From Patescibacteria group bacterium (GTDB lineage Bacteria; Patescibacteriota; Minisyncoccia; UBA6257; JAKLIH01): 59,784 nucleotides of DNA. The stretch is taken from the NCBI GenBank assembly GCA_022709715.1, contig JAKLIH010000002.1, forward strand, positions 1-59,784, written 5' to 3'. The notes beneath the pieces were generated by a model, which saw only the letters and a program-made list of their open reading frames with translations, had not been told where the DNA came from and searched no databases. Positions 19,265-29,074 of this stretch are shown one piece after another (the first letter of the stretch is position 1; every line of letters begins with the position of its first letter). The position numbers and the translations under genes are program-made.

Positions 19265-19357
19265 ATAGTATTTCTCATAAAGAAAGTTTTAACTTTGTCT
19301 AGTTATTCTAGCAGATAAATATGCTACTTAAAAGTAGTGTTTTGGGTTTGACAATGC

Positions 19358-19386
19358 GTGTTTTTTGCGGTAGTATTTAGAAAAAT
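19358..19386 (+). promoter_or_regulatory. cassette promoter TTGACA-N17-TAGTAT
   Basis: ttgacaatgcgtgttttttgcggtagtat, followed by RBS aggagg. Confidence 0.5.
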
Positions 19387-19420
19387 AGATTAGAACTTTG
19401 GATTTGAAGGAGGGAAAATA

Positions 19421-19669
19421 ATGAAATCAGTTCAAAAAGGCAATGGTAAAGCTGGCCAGGTTGTTTGGATAAATAACGCTGATCTCGGTTTTCAGGAGAT
19501 GGAATGCCATTGCGGTAGGCCAGGACATGAAGAGTGCACGTGTTACGAGGAAGGTGTCTTAGCAACAATCAATGGCAAGGTGGTATTAATCAGAAAGTGC
19601 GTTTCTAACGAGATAGGGGTTTGTCTTGATTGGGAAAAATGCCATACAAACTTCCAAATACGTGAATGA
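19421..19669 (+). CDS. small Cys-rich protein (82 aa), no recognisable family
   Basis: Strong SD (gaaggaggg). GC-richer than surroundings. 7 Cys (..CHCGRPGHEECTCY..). Both Trp codons are TGG. Ends in TGA just before a terminator-like element. Confidence 0.55.
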   Translation: MKSVQKGNGKAGQVVWINNADLGFQEMECHCGRPGHEECTCYEEGVLATINGKVVLIRKCVSNEIGVCLDWEKCHTNFQIRE

Positions 19670-19775
19670 CGAAACATGGTTTCTTATCGAAAGGACACCG
19701 GCAATCGGCCAGGCCCTTTTTTATTTTAATTTATTTAGGGTGTGGCAGTGAAGAATAGAACTTGCTGTTTTGGTG

Positions 19776-19804
19776 TTGACAGGATAATTAACTTGTGTTA
19801 GTAT
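19776..19804 (+). promoter_or_regulatory. cassette promoter TTGACA-N17-TAGTAT
   Basis: ttgacaggataattaacttgtgttagtat. Confidence 0.5.
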
Positions 19805-19863
19805 TCTATTAATTATGTTCTTTGGAAAATATAATTAAAATTATTTTAAGGGGGAAAAGTTAG

Positions 19864-20925
19864 ATGAACTGCTTAATAATTAATCCTGGTTCTAGTGATC
19901 CGAAGTCTGTGAAAATTTCAAAGTTAACTGGATTGCCAACAGATCCGTTGGCTATTCCAATTATAATAAATTTTCCTGATTTTCCAAGTGGTATTTCTTA
20001 TTGCGAAGCGGCGAAATTGCTTGTGCCAGTTTTACAAGACTATATGCTAAATACAGATTTTATTTTGTTTCGCTGTCCAGCTTTTAATTTCAATGTGTTA
20101 GGAATAACACAATTGACAGAAGAGTTAGCAGAAAATTTTTCAAGTAAAATTGCCATTCAACATGGATCGGAAATTGGTTTTTGGCTTGCTTATGAGTTGA
20201 CGCAAATTTACAAAATACCCGCAGTTTTTAGTAGAGGAATTCCGACTAGTAGATTGCCTGATTATGCAACCATAACTGGCCATCCAAACATAAAAAAAAC
20301 CTGCATGTCTCATTGGGAGGCAGTAGAGGGAGTTGCACATCATGTCGCTACGAAAGAAAAGCCAGTTTCTGAAGTCGAGTTTATTTTAATAATGCTCGGA
20401 AGTGGAACGGGCATTTATCTTTGGGAGAAGCCAGGAGCTATTTCTGCTTTCAAAATCCGCCAATGGGAAGGGCCAATGAGTCCTTCGAGTATTGGCGGGC
20501 TTGATACTTTGGCTTTGCTTGATTTTATGTTAAGCCAGGGAGAAACATCTTTGAAAGAAGCTCGAAAAAAAATAAGTGCACTCGTCGGTAGTAAAGGAGG
20601 ATTTCAATTATTTGATCCTCGCTGGCTAGACTTGCGTGAGTTTCGGAAAGATGTGGAAAATTTTCATCCTTTAGCAACTTCTCTTTTTGAAGCCTGGATT
20701 ATTCAGATTTCTGGGAAGGTTGGAGAAGTAAAACTCTCTATGAAACAACCAAAGCAACCAACTCCTGTTTACTTTTATGGAGGTGGATCTAATTGGCCTG
20801 AATTGGTTAGTAGAATTTCTGATAGATTGAGTGAACATTTGTTTCTCAATCCAGAAGTTATTACTATCGATCCAGAAAATGAGTTTTTTATTTCCCAAGC
20901 TATCGAATTTTCGAAATCTTTGTAA
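19864..20925 (+). CDS. divergent butyrate-kinase-like (ASKHA superfamily) protein
   Basis: 353 aa. CLIINPGSSDPK vs Buk ILxINPGSTSTK; ..ITGHPNIKK..; ..MLGSGTGI..; ..GPMSPSSIGG..; ..YGGGSNWPELV... 7 Trp, all TGG, and no TGA. SD aaggggg. Confidence 0.6.
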   Translation: MNCLIINPGSSDPKSVKISKLTGLPTDPLAIPIIINFPDFPSGISYCEAAKLLVPVLQDYMLNTDFILFRCPAFNFNVLGITQLTEELAENFSSKIAIQHGSEIGFWLAYELTQIYKIPAVFSRGIPTSRLPDYATITGHPNIKKTCMSHWEAVEGVAHHVATKEKPVSEVEFILIMLGSGTGIYLWEKPGAISAFKIRQWEGPMSPSSIGGLDTLALLDFMLSQGETSLKEARKKISALVGSKGGFQLFDPRWLDLREFRKDVENFHPLATSLFEAWIIQISGKVGEVKLSMKQPKQPTPVYFYGGGSNWPELVSRISDRLSEHLFLNPEVITIDPENEFFISQAIEFSKSL

Positions 20926-20951
20926 TAATTTTAACTGGAATTGAACAACAG

Positions 20952-20980
20952 GGAGCCCTTTTTTTAAAAGGGCTCCACTT
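20952..20980 (+). terminator. rho-independent terminator
   Basis: ggagcccttttt..aaaagggctcc hairpin. Confidence 0.65.
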
Positions 20981-21057
20981 TATTTTCTAATAAAAATGCG
21001 TTTTTGGTTTTGGTTTAAAAATATGATATAATAAATATATAACAAAAATGTTAAAAT

Positions 21058-21486
21058 ATGATAGTTTATACTTTTAAAAATTTTCCTTATATAAATGAAT
21101 TATCTAATACAAAAGTTGTAATATTTGAAAAATTAAATAAGGATATAGAAGCTTTTTGTCAAACAATAATTAAAATAAAGCCAAATTTTATTTTAGGAAT
21201 TGCTAGATCGGAAGAAAAATATTCTATAGTAGAAAAATATACTATTAATAAATTTCATGGTAATAAAAAAGTAATATCAAACGCTCGTGATAAATATGAA
21301 CTGTTTATCCCTAACGAAATTAGAAAATATTGTATTATACGAGAAAAGGCTACTGAATCGTTTTGTAATTTAAGCGTATTTAAGATTAAGAATTTTTTGA
21401 TAAATAACGATTTAGATATACCGTTTTCTTTTATTCATGTGACGCAAAATGATATAGTTAAAATCATGAATATCCTTAATAAATAA
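21058..21486 (+). CDS. short pyroglutamyl-peptidase I (C15)-like protein
   Basis: 142 aa. Aligns by eye to the Pcp core with Glu (IVEKYTIN), Cys (ESFCN) and His (FIHV) in order. Shorter than canonical Pcp (about 215 aa). Confidence 0.45.
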   Translation: MIVYTFKNFPYINELSNTKVVIFEKLNKDIEAFCQTIIKIKPNFILGIARSEEKYSIVEKYTINKFHGNKKVISNARDKYELFIPNEIRKYCIIREKATESFCNLSVFKIKNFLINNDLDIPFSFIHVTQNDIVKIMNILNK

Positions 21487-21503
21487 TAATTTAATAATTT
21501 GCT

Positions 21504-22469
21504 ATGATAAATATTTTAGAAAGTACAAAATATGTAGTAGACAATTCTGTTTTTGTTAAAATTAACAAACAAAATTTAGAAAACATTGCTGCTAAAATTA
21601 AAGAAAATAATATTAATTCTAATCTTTTTGTTGTGGAGGAATCTTTTAAACATTTAAATACAGAGCAAATATTGGCTTATAATGTCATTTATAATGCAAT
21701 TAATTTTTGTTTTTGGGGCAATCCAAAATGAGAAATAGAATTTAATGGTAAAAATTATGGCGGAAGTGTTGGCTTAGTAAAATGTTTTGCCAGGGCTTTA
21801 GAAAATAATATTGATATTTTAAACCCAGAATATTTAAAAAATATGACAGAAGATCAATTTGAAATATTAACAAAAGGAAATGTTATGATACCATTAGCTA
21901 ATGAACGATTAAAACAATTAAATGTTTTAGGAAAATTGATAATAGAAAAATTTGATGGCAAATTTATTAATATTTTTGAGAAAGGTGAATACAATGCTTT
22001 AAAAATTACAGATGTATTAGTAGAAGATTTAAAAGAAGTATTTTGTGATGAAAGTATGTATGATAATAAAAAAGTAGCATTTTATAAAAGGGCTCAAATA
22101 GTTTCTGTTATGATAGACGATTTTGTTCAATCAAATATTGCAAAATTTCAAATTACTGGGTTGGAAAAATTAACAGCTTTAGCTGACTATAAAATACCTC
22201 AAATTTTAAGAGAGTTTGAGATATTAAAATATAACGATGATTTAGCTGATCGAATAGATAAAGGAATATTAATAGCTCAGGATAGTCAAGAAGAAGTAGA
22301 AATTAGAGCTAATACGGTTTGGTCAATTGAATTATTAAAAGAATTATTGATCAAGGAATATCCAAATATTATGTCTGTTCAAATAGATAAAACTTTATGG
22401 CTAATGAGTCGCAAGTTTAATAAAGAGAGTGTTAAACCTTATCATAAAACGATAACAACTGCTTATTAA
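21504..22469 (+). CDS. queuosine-salvage family protein (DUF2419/Qng1-like)
   Basis: Two same-frame pieces joined by TGA at 21729. Motifs INFCFWG, FYKRAQI, ADYKIPQILR and C-terminal ..TTAY. Confidence 0.65.
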
Positions 22470-22577
22470 ACAACTCATTAAAACACCACTTGAAAGATGG
22501 TGTTTTTGCATTTGTATAAATGCTATAAAAATGATATAATTTGTATGTATAAATGATATAGTTTGTAAACTCATAAT

Positions 22578-23426
22578 ATGAAAATTATAATATTAGGTAA
22601 TGGAGCATGAGGATCAGCAATTTTTTCAGTTGTTTCTAAAAAGAATAAAGATGTTTCGTACTGAGACGAAAAGAATAAAATTGAATTAGCCGATGTTTAT
22701 ATAGTTTGTTTACCAGTTCAAGTGATGAGAAATGCATTGAAAAGAGCAAAATTTGATAATAATAAAAAAATAATTATTATTAATGGTAGTAAAGGAATAG
22801 AAAGAAAAACTAATAAATTACCTTATGAAATTATTAAAGAAGCAATATTATGCGATTTTGATTATTATAATTTAATCGGCCCTAGTTTTTCAATGGAAGT
22901 AAAAGATAAAAAACCTACAATTGTAAATATAGGATATAAAGAAAGATGTAATCGCAAATTAATAAAAGAATTATTGGTAACAAATTATTTTAGAATAAAA
23001 TTTACTAAAGGTGTTAAAGAATTAGAATTGTCTAGTGCTTTGAAAAATGTATATGCCATTGCTTGTGGAATATGTGATGGTCTTGGTTATAGATATAATA
23101 CTAGAATATTAATTATTAGTACGGCAATAGTTGAATTATATAAAATAATTAATCTTAAAAGGACTGGTATTATTGGTACAATTGGAGATTTAATTTTGAC
23201 CTGTAGTAGTAATGAAAGCCGTAATTTTAAATTTGGACAATTAATAACTAAATACAAAGTAGAAGAAGCTTTAAAAAGAATAGGAGCAACGGTGGAAGGA
23301 TTAGGAACGGTTGATTCCGTTAAAATGTTTAATAAACCATTATTAAATTTTGTTGATGATGTTATTAAAACCGATAATCCTAAAAAAATTAAATGTAAAT
23401 TTGATGAGTTTTTAAATAAATTATAA
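22578..23426 (+). CDS. gpsA: NAD(P)H-dependent glycerol-3-phosphate dehydrogenase
   Basis: MKIIILGNGA-TGA-GSA (the 'GAWG' dinucleotide-binding motif with Trp as TGA), GPSF..EV, KNVYAIACGI and GDLILTC..ESRN. Confidence 0.8.
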
Positions 23427-23427
23427 C

Positions 23428-24030
23428 ATGGAATATACTATTAATGATGAAAAATTAAGACAAATAAAAGATGAAGTTTTGCTTTGTAAACATTGTGATT
23501 TATATAAAGGTAGAAATGGTAATGAATTTTATCCAGTGATTGGGGAAGGTAACCATGAAGCTAATATTATGTTTGTGGGCGAAGCCCCAGGTTTACAAGA
23601 AGCCAAAACCGGGAGACCATTTTGTGGTCGAGCTGGTAAGATATTGAGTGAACTTTTGATGTCAATTAATATTAAAAGAGAAGATGTTTATATTGCTAAT
23701 TTACTTAAATGTCGTCCACCGGATAATCGCGATCCATTGCCAAATGAAATTCAGATTTGTACACATTTTGTAGAAAGACAGATTGAGATTATTAAACCAA
23801 AAGTGATTTGTCCCCTGGGGAGATATTCGATGAAATTTTTAATGGAGAAATTTGGTTTAGGTGAGAAGGTAGATGGCATTAGTAAAATTCATGGTCAAAT
23901 GTTTAAGAGCGGTACAGATTTTAAAGAGATTGTGATTATTCCATTTTACCATCCGGCGGTAGTAGCCTATAATCCATCAATGAAAAAAATATTATTAGAA
24001 GATATAAAAATTTTAGAAAAATTTAAATAA
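23428..24030 (+). CDS. uracil-DNA glycosylase, family 4
   Basis: CKHCDL..., [18 protein letters not shown]...GRPF.GRAG motifs. Confidence 0.8.
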   Translation: MEYTINDEKLRQIKDEVLLCKHCDLYKGRNGNEFYPVIGEGNHEANIMFVGEAPGLQEAKTGRPFCGRAGKILSELLMSINIKREDVYIANLLKCRPPDNRDPLPNEIQICTHFVERQIEIIKPKVICPLGRYSMKFLMEKFGLGEKVDGISKIHGQMFKSGTDFKEIVIIPFYHPAVVAYNPSMKKILLEDIKILEKFK

Positions 24031-24099
24031 TTTTTTGAAATTGGCTTTAAAATATTTAAATTATATTAAATCTATAATAAACTAATTAAATAATTAACC

Positions 24100-25329
24100 A
24101 TGAAAAATAAAATTATCTTTTTTATACTGCTAGTGACAATTGTAACAATGTATATGGTATATATAAATAGGAAAAATAATAATAATAACAATATAATACC
24201 TGAAGAAATATCGGTGTCGACTACAAAAAATACTTCTAAGAATACAATTGCTAATTTAAGTGACTATCCAGATAAAATTTTAGAAATAAAAAAGGAAGTA
24301 ATAAATAATGAAAATCAATATGTTGTAAGCGGATGGATTAATACTAATGATATTGATGTAATGGCTACTTCAATTAAGATGGATTTATTTCCTTTTAGTT
24401 ATTCAGTAAATTGCTTGGCAATTGATATGAGTATATCAAAAGATAAAGTATATATAATTAAAGATAACGAAGAAAAACTAATTGCTACGAAAGATACTAT
24501 TAATTGGCAGAACGACCAATGAATAAATTATAAGGTTTATGCTACGATTAAACAAGAAAGCATGGTTGAACGAGTATTTAAAGGATTAATAGGAGATGAG
24601 GTCCAGGCATCATGCCATGCTACAGAAACTTTAAAAAATATTAAAAAAATTGTATTTCAAATGCCAGAAGTAAAAGAAAAACAAACAATAGAAGCAATGG
24701 AAATCTATAAGGATGATGAATGAGATTCAGATAGATATACAATAGTAGTTCCAAAAGAAAATCAAAATTTAAGTTTATTAATTAACAATGGTGCAAATAC
24801 TCACAATCGTTTACCAGAACAGCCGTTTTTAAGAAGTATTTCACTTAACAATCAAAAGATTTTTGTTCGTTTAATTAACGATGAATTGATAGAAATTAAA
24901 CATATTGCATCTCTGCCTTTTTTTGTTTTTAAAGATTATACATTGGAAGGGAAAACTTATTGCTCTAAGTTTAATCAACATTGTGTATTTAGTATTGAAA
25001 AATTAATAGTCAATACCACATTGGAAAAAAATGAAAATAATATAACTGCTCCTTTTGAATATACCTTTAAAGTGGATGACTATATTTATAGTGATAATAT
25101 TTCATTATCGGCAGATGAAGGTATACTTGATTATTTAAATTTAAAATATAAATCAACAACGATTAATGTAAAAGATGTTTTAGATAATAATATAAATATA
25201 GAAGAAAAAAATGGACGTAAACATATTTCAGGCGATCTATATGTTAAAGGAAAAACAATTTGTGAAATTGATAAAACAAAACCTAATTTAAATTGTATAA
25301 TAGAACCGGCAGTTATAGAGATGAAATAA
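24100..25329 (+). CDS. membrane-anchored hypothetical protein (paralogue A)
   Basis: Two track pieces plus a gap in the same frame with no TAA/TAG and 2 TGA. N-terminal TM helix and Asn-rich linker. Confidence 0.5.
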
Positions 25330-25494
25330 ACTATAAAATTAATCACAACGGTAATTAGTACCGTTGTGATTATCAAATCTAGTATATTTTGATTAATATT
25401 TTCATATTTTACTTAGATTTTGACTGGTGTGATTTAACAAATTGTATAAATTATGGAAATTTGATATAATTGTAATAATATTAATTTGGTTAAT

Positions 25495-26781
25495 ATGAAG
25501 AATAAAAATTTGATTTATTTGGCTGTTTTGATAGTAATCGTTGTTTTAATTATAATATTAAATAAGCTTGATATTATACGTATTAATTTTAATGTGCCAA
25601 ATACTATCAATACTAGTACATCGATGCCATTAGATAATGAAAACATAAATTCGTTAAAAGGAACAACATCTAGTTTCTCGGATTTATCTAAATGTAAAAA
25701 GGAAGTTATAGATAATAATGAATTTAATGTTTTTGAAGGATGATCGGATAATTTTAGTTCTTATACTCAAGAGGGTGTTAGCAAATTTAATATTTATAAT
25801 ATAAAGATATCGGACGATAATTATAATGCCGAAATATCAGCAAATTTTTCCAAGGTTTATATTATGGAAAATGGAGCAGAAAGAAAATTAAATATGGATG
25901 AATTCGATTGATACGGAGAAGATCTTTGAAATTTTAAGGTATATTATAAAGTGGTATCACTGGACGATTCTTTGAGCAACAGTTGTCCTGGCTGAGAAGA
26001 GGATTTAACAAATTCGTTTGTTTATAAAATTGTCATGCAAAAACCAATAATAGAACGTCAAACTATTACTGCAAATCAATGGCAATGTGCTGGGAATGAT
26101 TTTATAAGTTTATGGCATGATGGTACTTGGATTTTTGCCAATGATATAACTCTTAATGAAGGCTGTAATATAAAATTTGCTAATCGTAGTGATTACTCAT
26201 ATATTACTAAATGTGATTTTCTTGATCCAGTGTTGGTTAACTCGATAAAAGTAGAAGGCAATTTAGCCCATTCTAAATTTAATGGCACTAGCTTTTTGTA
26301 TGCAGATAATATTTATTTTGATACAAAATTATCGATAGACAAAGATACTAATATATCAATGAGTAATTTTGTATATAATAGTAAAGATTTTGCCGAAGAT
26401 ATGCAATCTTTTGATTTGATAAATTATAATATGAATAATTATTGAAAAACACGAAAGAAAACTGTGGTTAATAAATATTATCTTCAACCCTATATCGATA
26501 ATTGCTATGGTCGTTGTACTTTTTATTGATGCGGTAATTTGCTTATCGATATTTCTGATAATATAAGCGATAACACATCCTTAGCTTATTTAATTAATCA
26601 CGTGGAACAAAAACAAGTTGATTATAGTGTGAAAAATGGCGTTATAGATCAGGCTATTAGTTTGGATTTTAAAGCTAAAGGAACATTGTATTGTGGGCGT
26701 TTGGTTAATTTTATGAGTAATAACCAATATGCCTGTGTTTTGAAGCCCGATACAGTGACCGTTTCAAAAGTAAGCAATTAA
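25495..26781 (+). CDS. membrane-anchored Cys/Trp-rich hypothetical protein (paralogue B)
   Basis: Three same-frame track pieces joined by TGA codons. The N-terminal region is homologous to 24100..25329 (..KKEVI(N/D)NNE..GW.. and ..KVYI...W....W(I)N(Y/F)KVY..). Confidence 0.5.
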
Positions 26782-26786
26782 ATTAT

Positions 26787-27914
26787 ATGGAACCACTAGC
26801 TTCAAAAATAAGACCAAAAAATTTGGATGAGTTTGTAGGTCAAGAGCATTTGGTAGGGATGGATAAACCATTAAGACGGGCTATTGAACAAGGTCATTTG
26901 TTTTCATTTATTTTATGAGGCCCGCCAGGAGTAGGAAAAACAACGTTGGCAAAAATTTATGCTAAAAGTTTAAAAGCTGAACTTTTTGAATTATCAGCGG
27001 TATCGGCTGGTAAAGATGATATTCGCAAAATTGTTAAACAAGGAGATTTAATTAATAAGATTTTATTTTTAGATGAAATTCATAGATTTAATAAAGCTCA
27101 ACAAGATTTTTTATTACCTTATGTGGAAAGCGGGGAACTAACGCTTATCGGGGCTACAACTGAAAATCCAAGTTTTGAAGTTATTTCACCATTACTTTCA
27201 AGGTGCCGAGTTTTTGTTTTAAATGAATTGACGGATGAAAATATCAAAACCATTTTGAAGAGAACAAAAATTAAAATGGATAAAAAATCGGTTGATTGAT
27301 TGGTCAATATGGCTAATGGCGACGCCAGGCAAGCGATCACTGTTCTAGAAAATTGTTTGAATTTGTATAAAGAAATAAATATTGAAAATTTAAAAAATAC
27401 ATTACAATCAAAATTTTTAAGATATGACAAAAGGGCTGAAGAACATTATAATTTAATTAGCGCCTATATTAAAAGTATGCGAGCCAGTCAAGTAGATGCA
27501 GCATTATATTATTTAGCTAGACTAGTAGAAGGAGGTGAGGATCCAAAATTTATTGCTAGACGTATGGTAGTTTTTGCTAGTGAAGATATTGGTGTAGCTG
27601 TGCCAACAGCATTGGTGGTGGCAAACGAAGTGTTTAGGGCGGTGGATACAATCGGGATGCCTGAAGCTCAAATTAATTTAGCTCACGGAACGGTTTATTT
27701 AACGAATTGCAAAAAAGATCGAAGTGCTTACAATGCTTTTTTTGAAGCTATGGAAGATGTAAAAAATTATGGTAATTTACCAATACCGCTTAAAATACGA
27801 AATCCCGAGACAAAATTGATGAAAGAATTAAATTATGGGAAAGGTTATGAAAAATATGATAAGGAATCGTATTTGCCAGATAAAATAAAAAATAAAAAAT
27901 ATTTTAAAAAATAA
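26787..27914 (+). CDS. rarA: replication-associated recombination protein A (AAA+ ATPase)
   Basis: ..[10 protein letters not shown].., Walker [15 protein letters not shown] (the 'LWGPPG' Trp), [11 protein letters not shown], and C-terminal MgsA domain. Confidence 0.85.
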
Positions 27915-27916
27915 CT

Positions 27917-28447
27917 ATGAAAAATATATTATTAGTTTTATCCACAGTAATTATGCTATGATCCTATATATTAGGGATTTATAGTATTATAAGAGGTAAT
28001 TTTCGTCCACAAAGAATGACAAGATTTTTAATATTGGTATTTTCTGCAATTTATGTAATATCATTATTTGTTCAAGGAGACAGAAATGCTATTTGATTGG
28101 CGTTGGTATCATTAATAAGTACTTTAGTGATATTTTTATTATCAATTAAAAAGGGTATGGGTGGTTTTGCTAAATTAGATATAATAGTATTAGTAATAGT
28201 GGTTTTTTCAATAATTGTTTGAAAAATAACCAACAATCCGGTTTTGGGACTTACTATGTCTTTAGTGGCGGATTTAACCTCTTATATTCCTACATTTGTA
28301 AAGGTCTGAAAATTTCCCGAAACAGAAGAATGAAAATTTTATGCTTCTGTTGTTCTAGCAAATTTTTTAAATCTTTTGTCAATTTCTAATTATACTTTTA
28401 GCAAAATTATTTTACAATCTTATTTGTTAGGAGTGAATGCTACTATA
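27917..28447 (+). CDS. multi-pass membrane protein, unknown function
   Basis: Invisible in the track because of 5 in-frame TGA codons. Reading through gives 176 aa with about 5 hydrophobic helices; TAA at 28445. Confidence 0.55.
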
Positions 28448-28637
28448 ATTTTAATCATAGTTTTTAGAGAGCGTATCTTAAAGAAGAATATTTGCAAATA
28501 GAATTTGATTTTCAAAATATTAGTGTGCTTGATTTATATAATAAATATCTTAACCTAATAAATACTTTTCTCAAAAATAGAATTGAAATTGTAAATCAAT
28601 TAAAAATTAATTTAAAAAATAAAAAATAAATATACTG

Positions 28638-28665
28638 TTGATTTTTGAGGTAATTATGTTAATAT
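28638..28665 (+). promoter_or_regulatory. cassette promoter TTGATT-N16-TAATAT
   Basis: ttgatttttgaggtaattatgttaatat, then RBS gaaaggagatgaataATG. Confidence 0.45.
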
Positions 28666-28697
28666 ATGGTTAGAAATTTATAGAAAGGAGATGAATA

Positions 28698-29003
28698 ATG
28701 CCATTAGCAATATTTATTAAGCCACGAGCCGAGGATTTAGAAATGCAAAGAATTTGGCGATTATTAAAAAATAATCCACCAATTTATGGTAAAACTATAA
28801 TTCATCGTTGGTATTATGGTGGGTATGTGCATATTTCTTGTGCTTTTCAATGCAAAGTTGAATCATTACTCAATATTGTTTCAGAGCATGATTTAGAAAT
28901 TTGGCTCAAAATATCTGTGAAACAGTTAAAACAGCAAAATTTTATTAATTTTTCTATGGAACAAGTTATGGTGATAACCAATGATAATGAACCAATTGCT
29001 TAA
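28698..29003 (+). CDS. hypothetical protein (101 aa), cassette gene
   Basis: Strong SD. 3 Trp, all TGG, and no TGA. Own terminator. The 5' UTR and start are nearly identical to those of 31528. Confidence 0.5.
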   Translation: MPLAIFIKPRAEDLEMQRIWRLLKNNPPIYGKTIIHRWYYGGYVHISCAFQCKVESLLNIVSEHDLEIWLKISVKQLKQQNFINFSMEQVMVITNDNEPIA

Positions 29004-29004
29004 A

Positions 29005-29034
29005 AGCGGGAATGAAAATCACTCTCGCTTTTTT
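29005..29034 (+). terminator. rho-independent terminator
   Basis: agcggga..tctcgct hairpin plus tttttt. Confidence 0.6.
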
Positions 29035-29074
29035 GATGTTTTTTTGATAGAATGGACTAGTAAAACAGAATATT

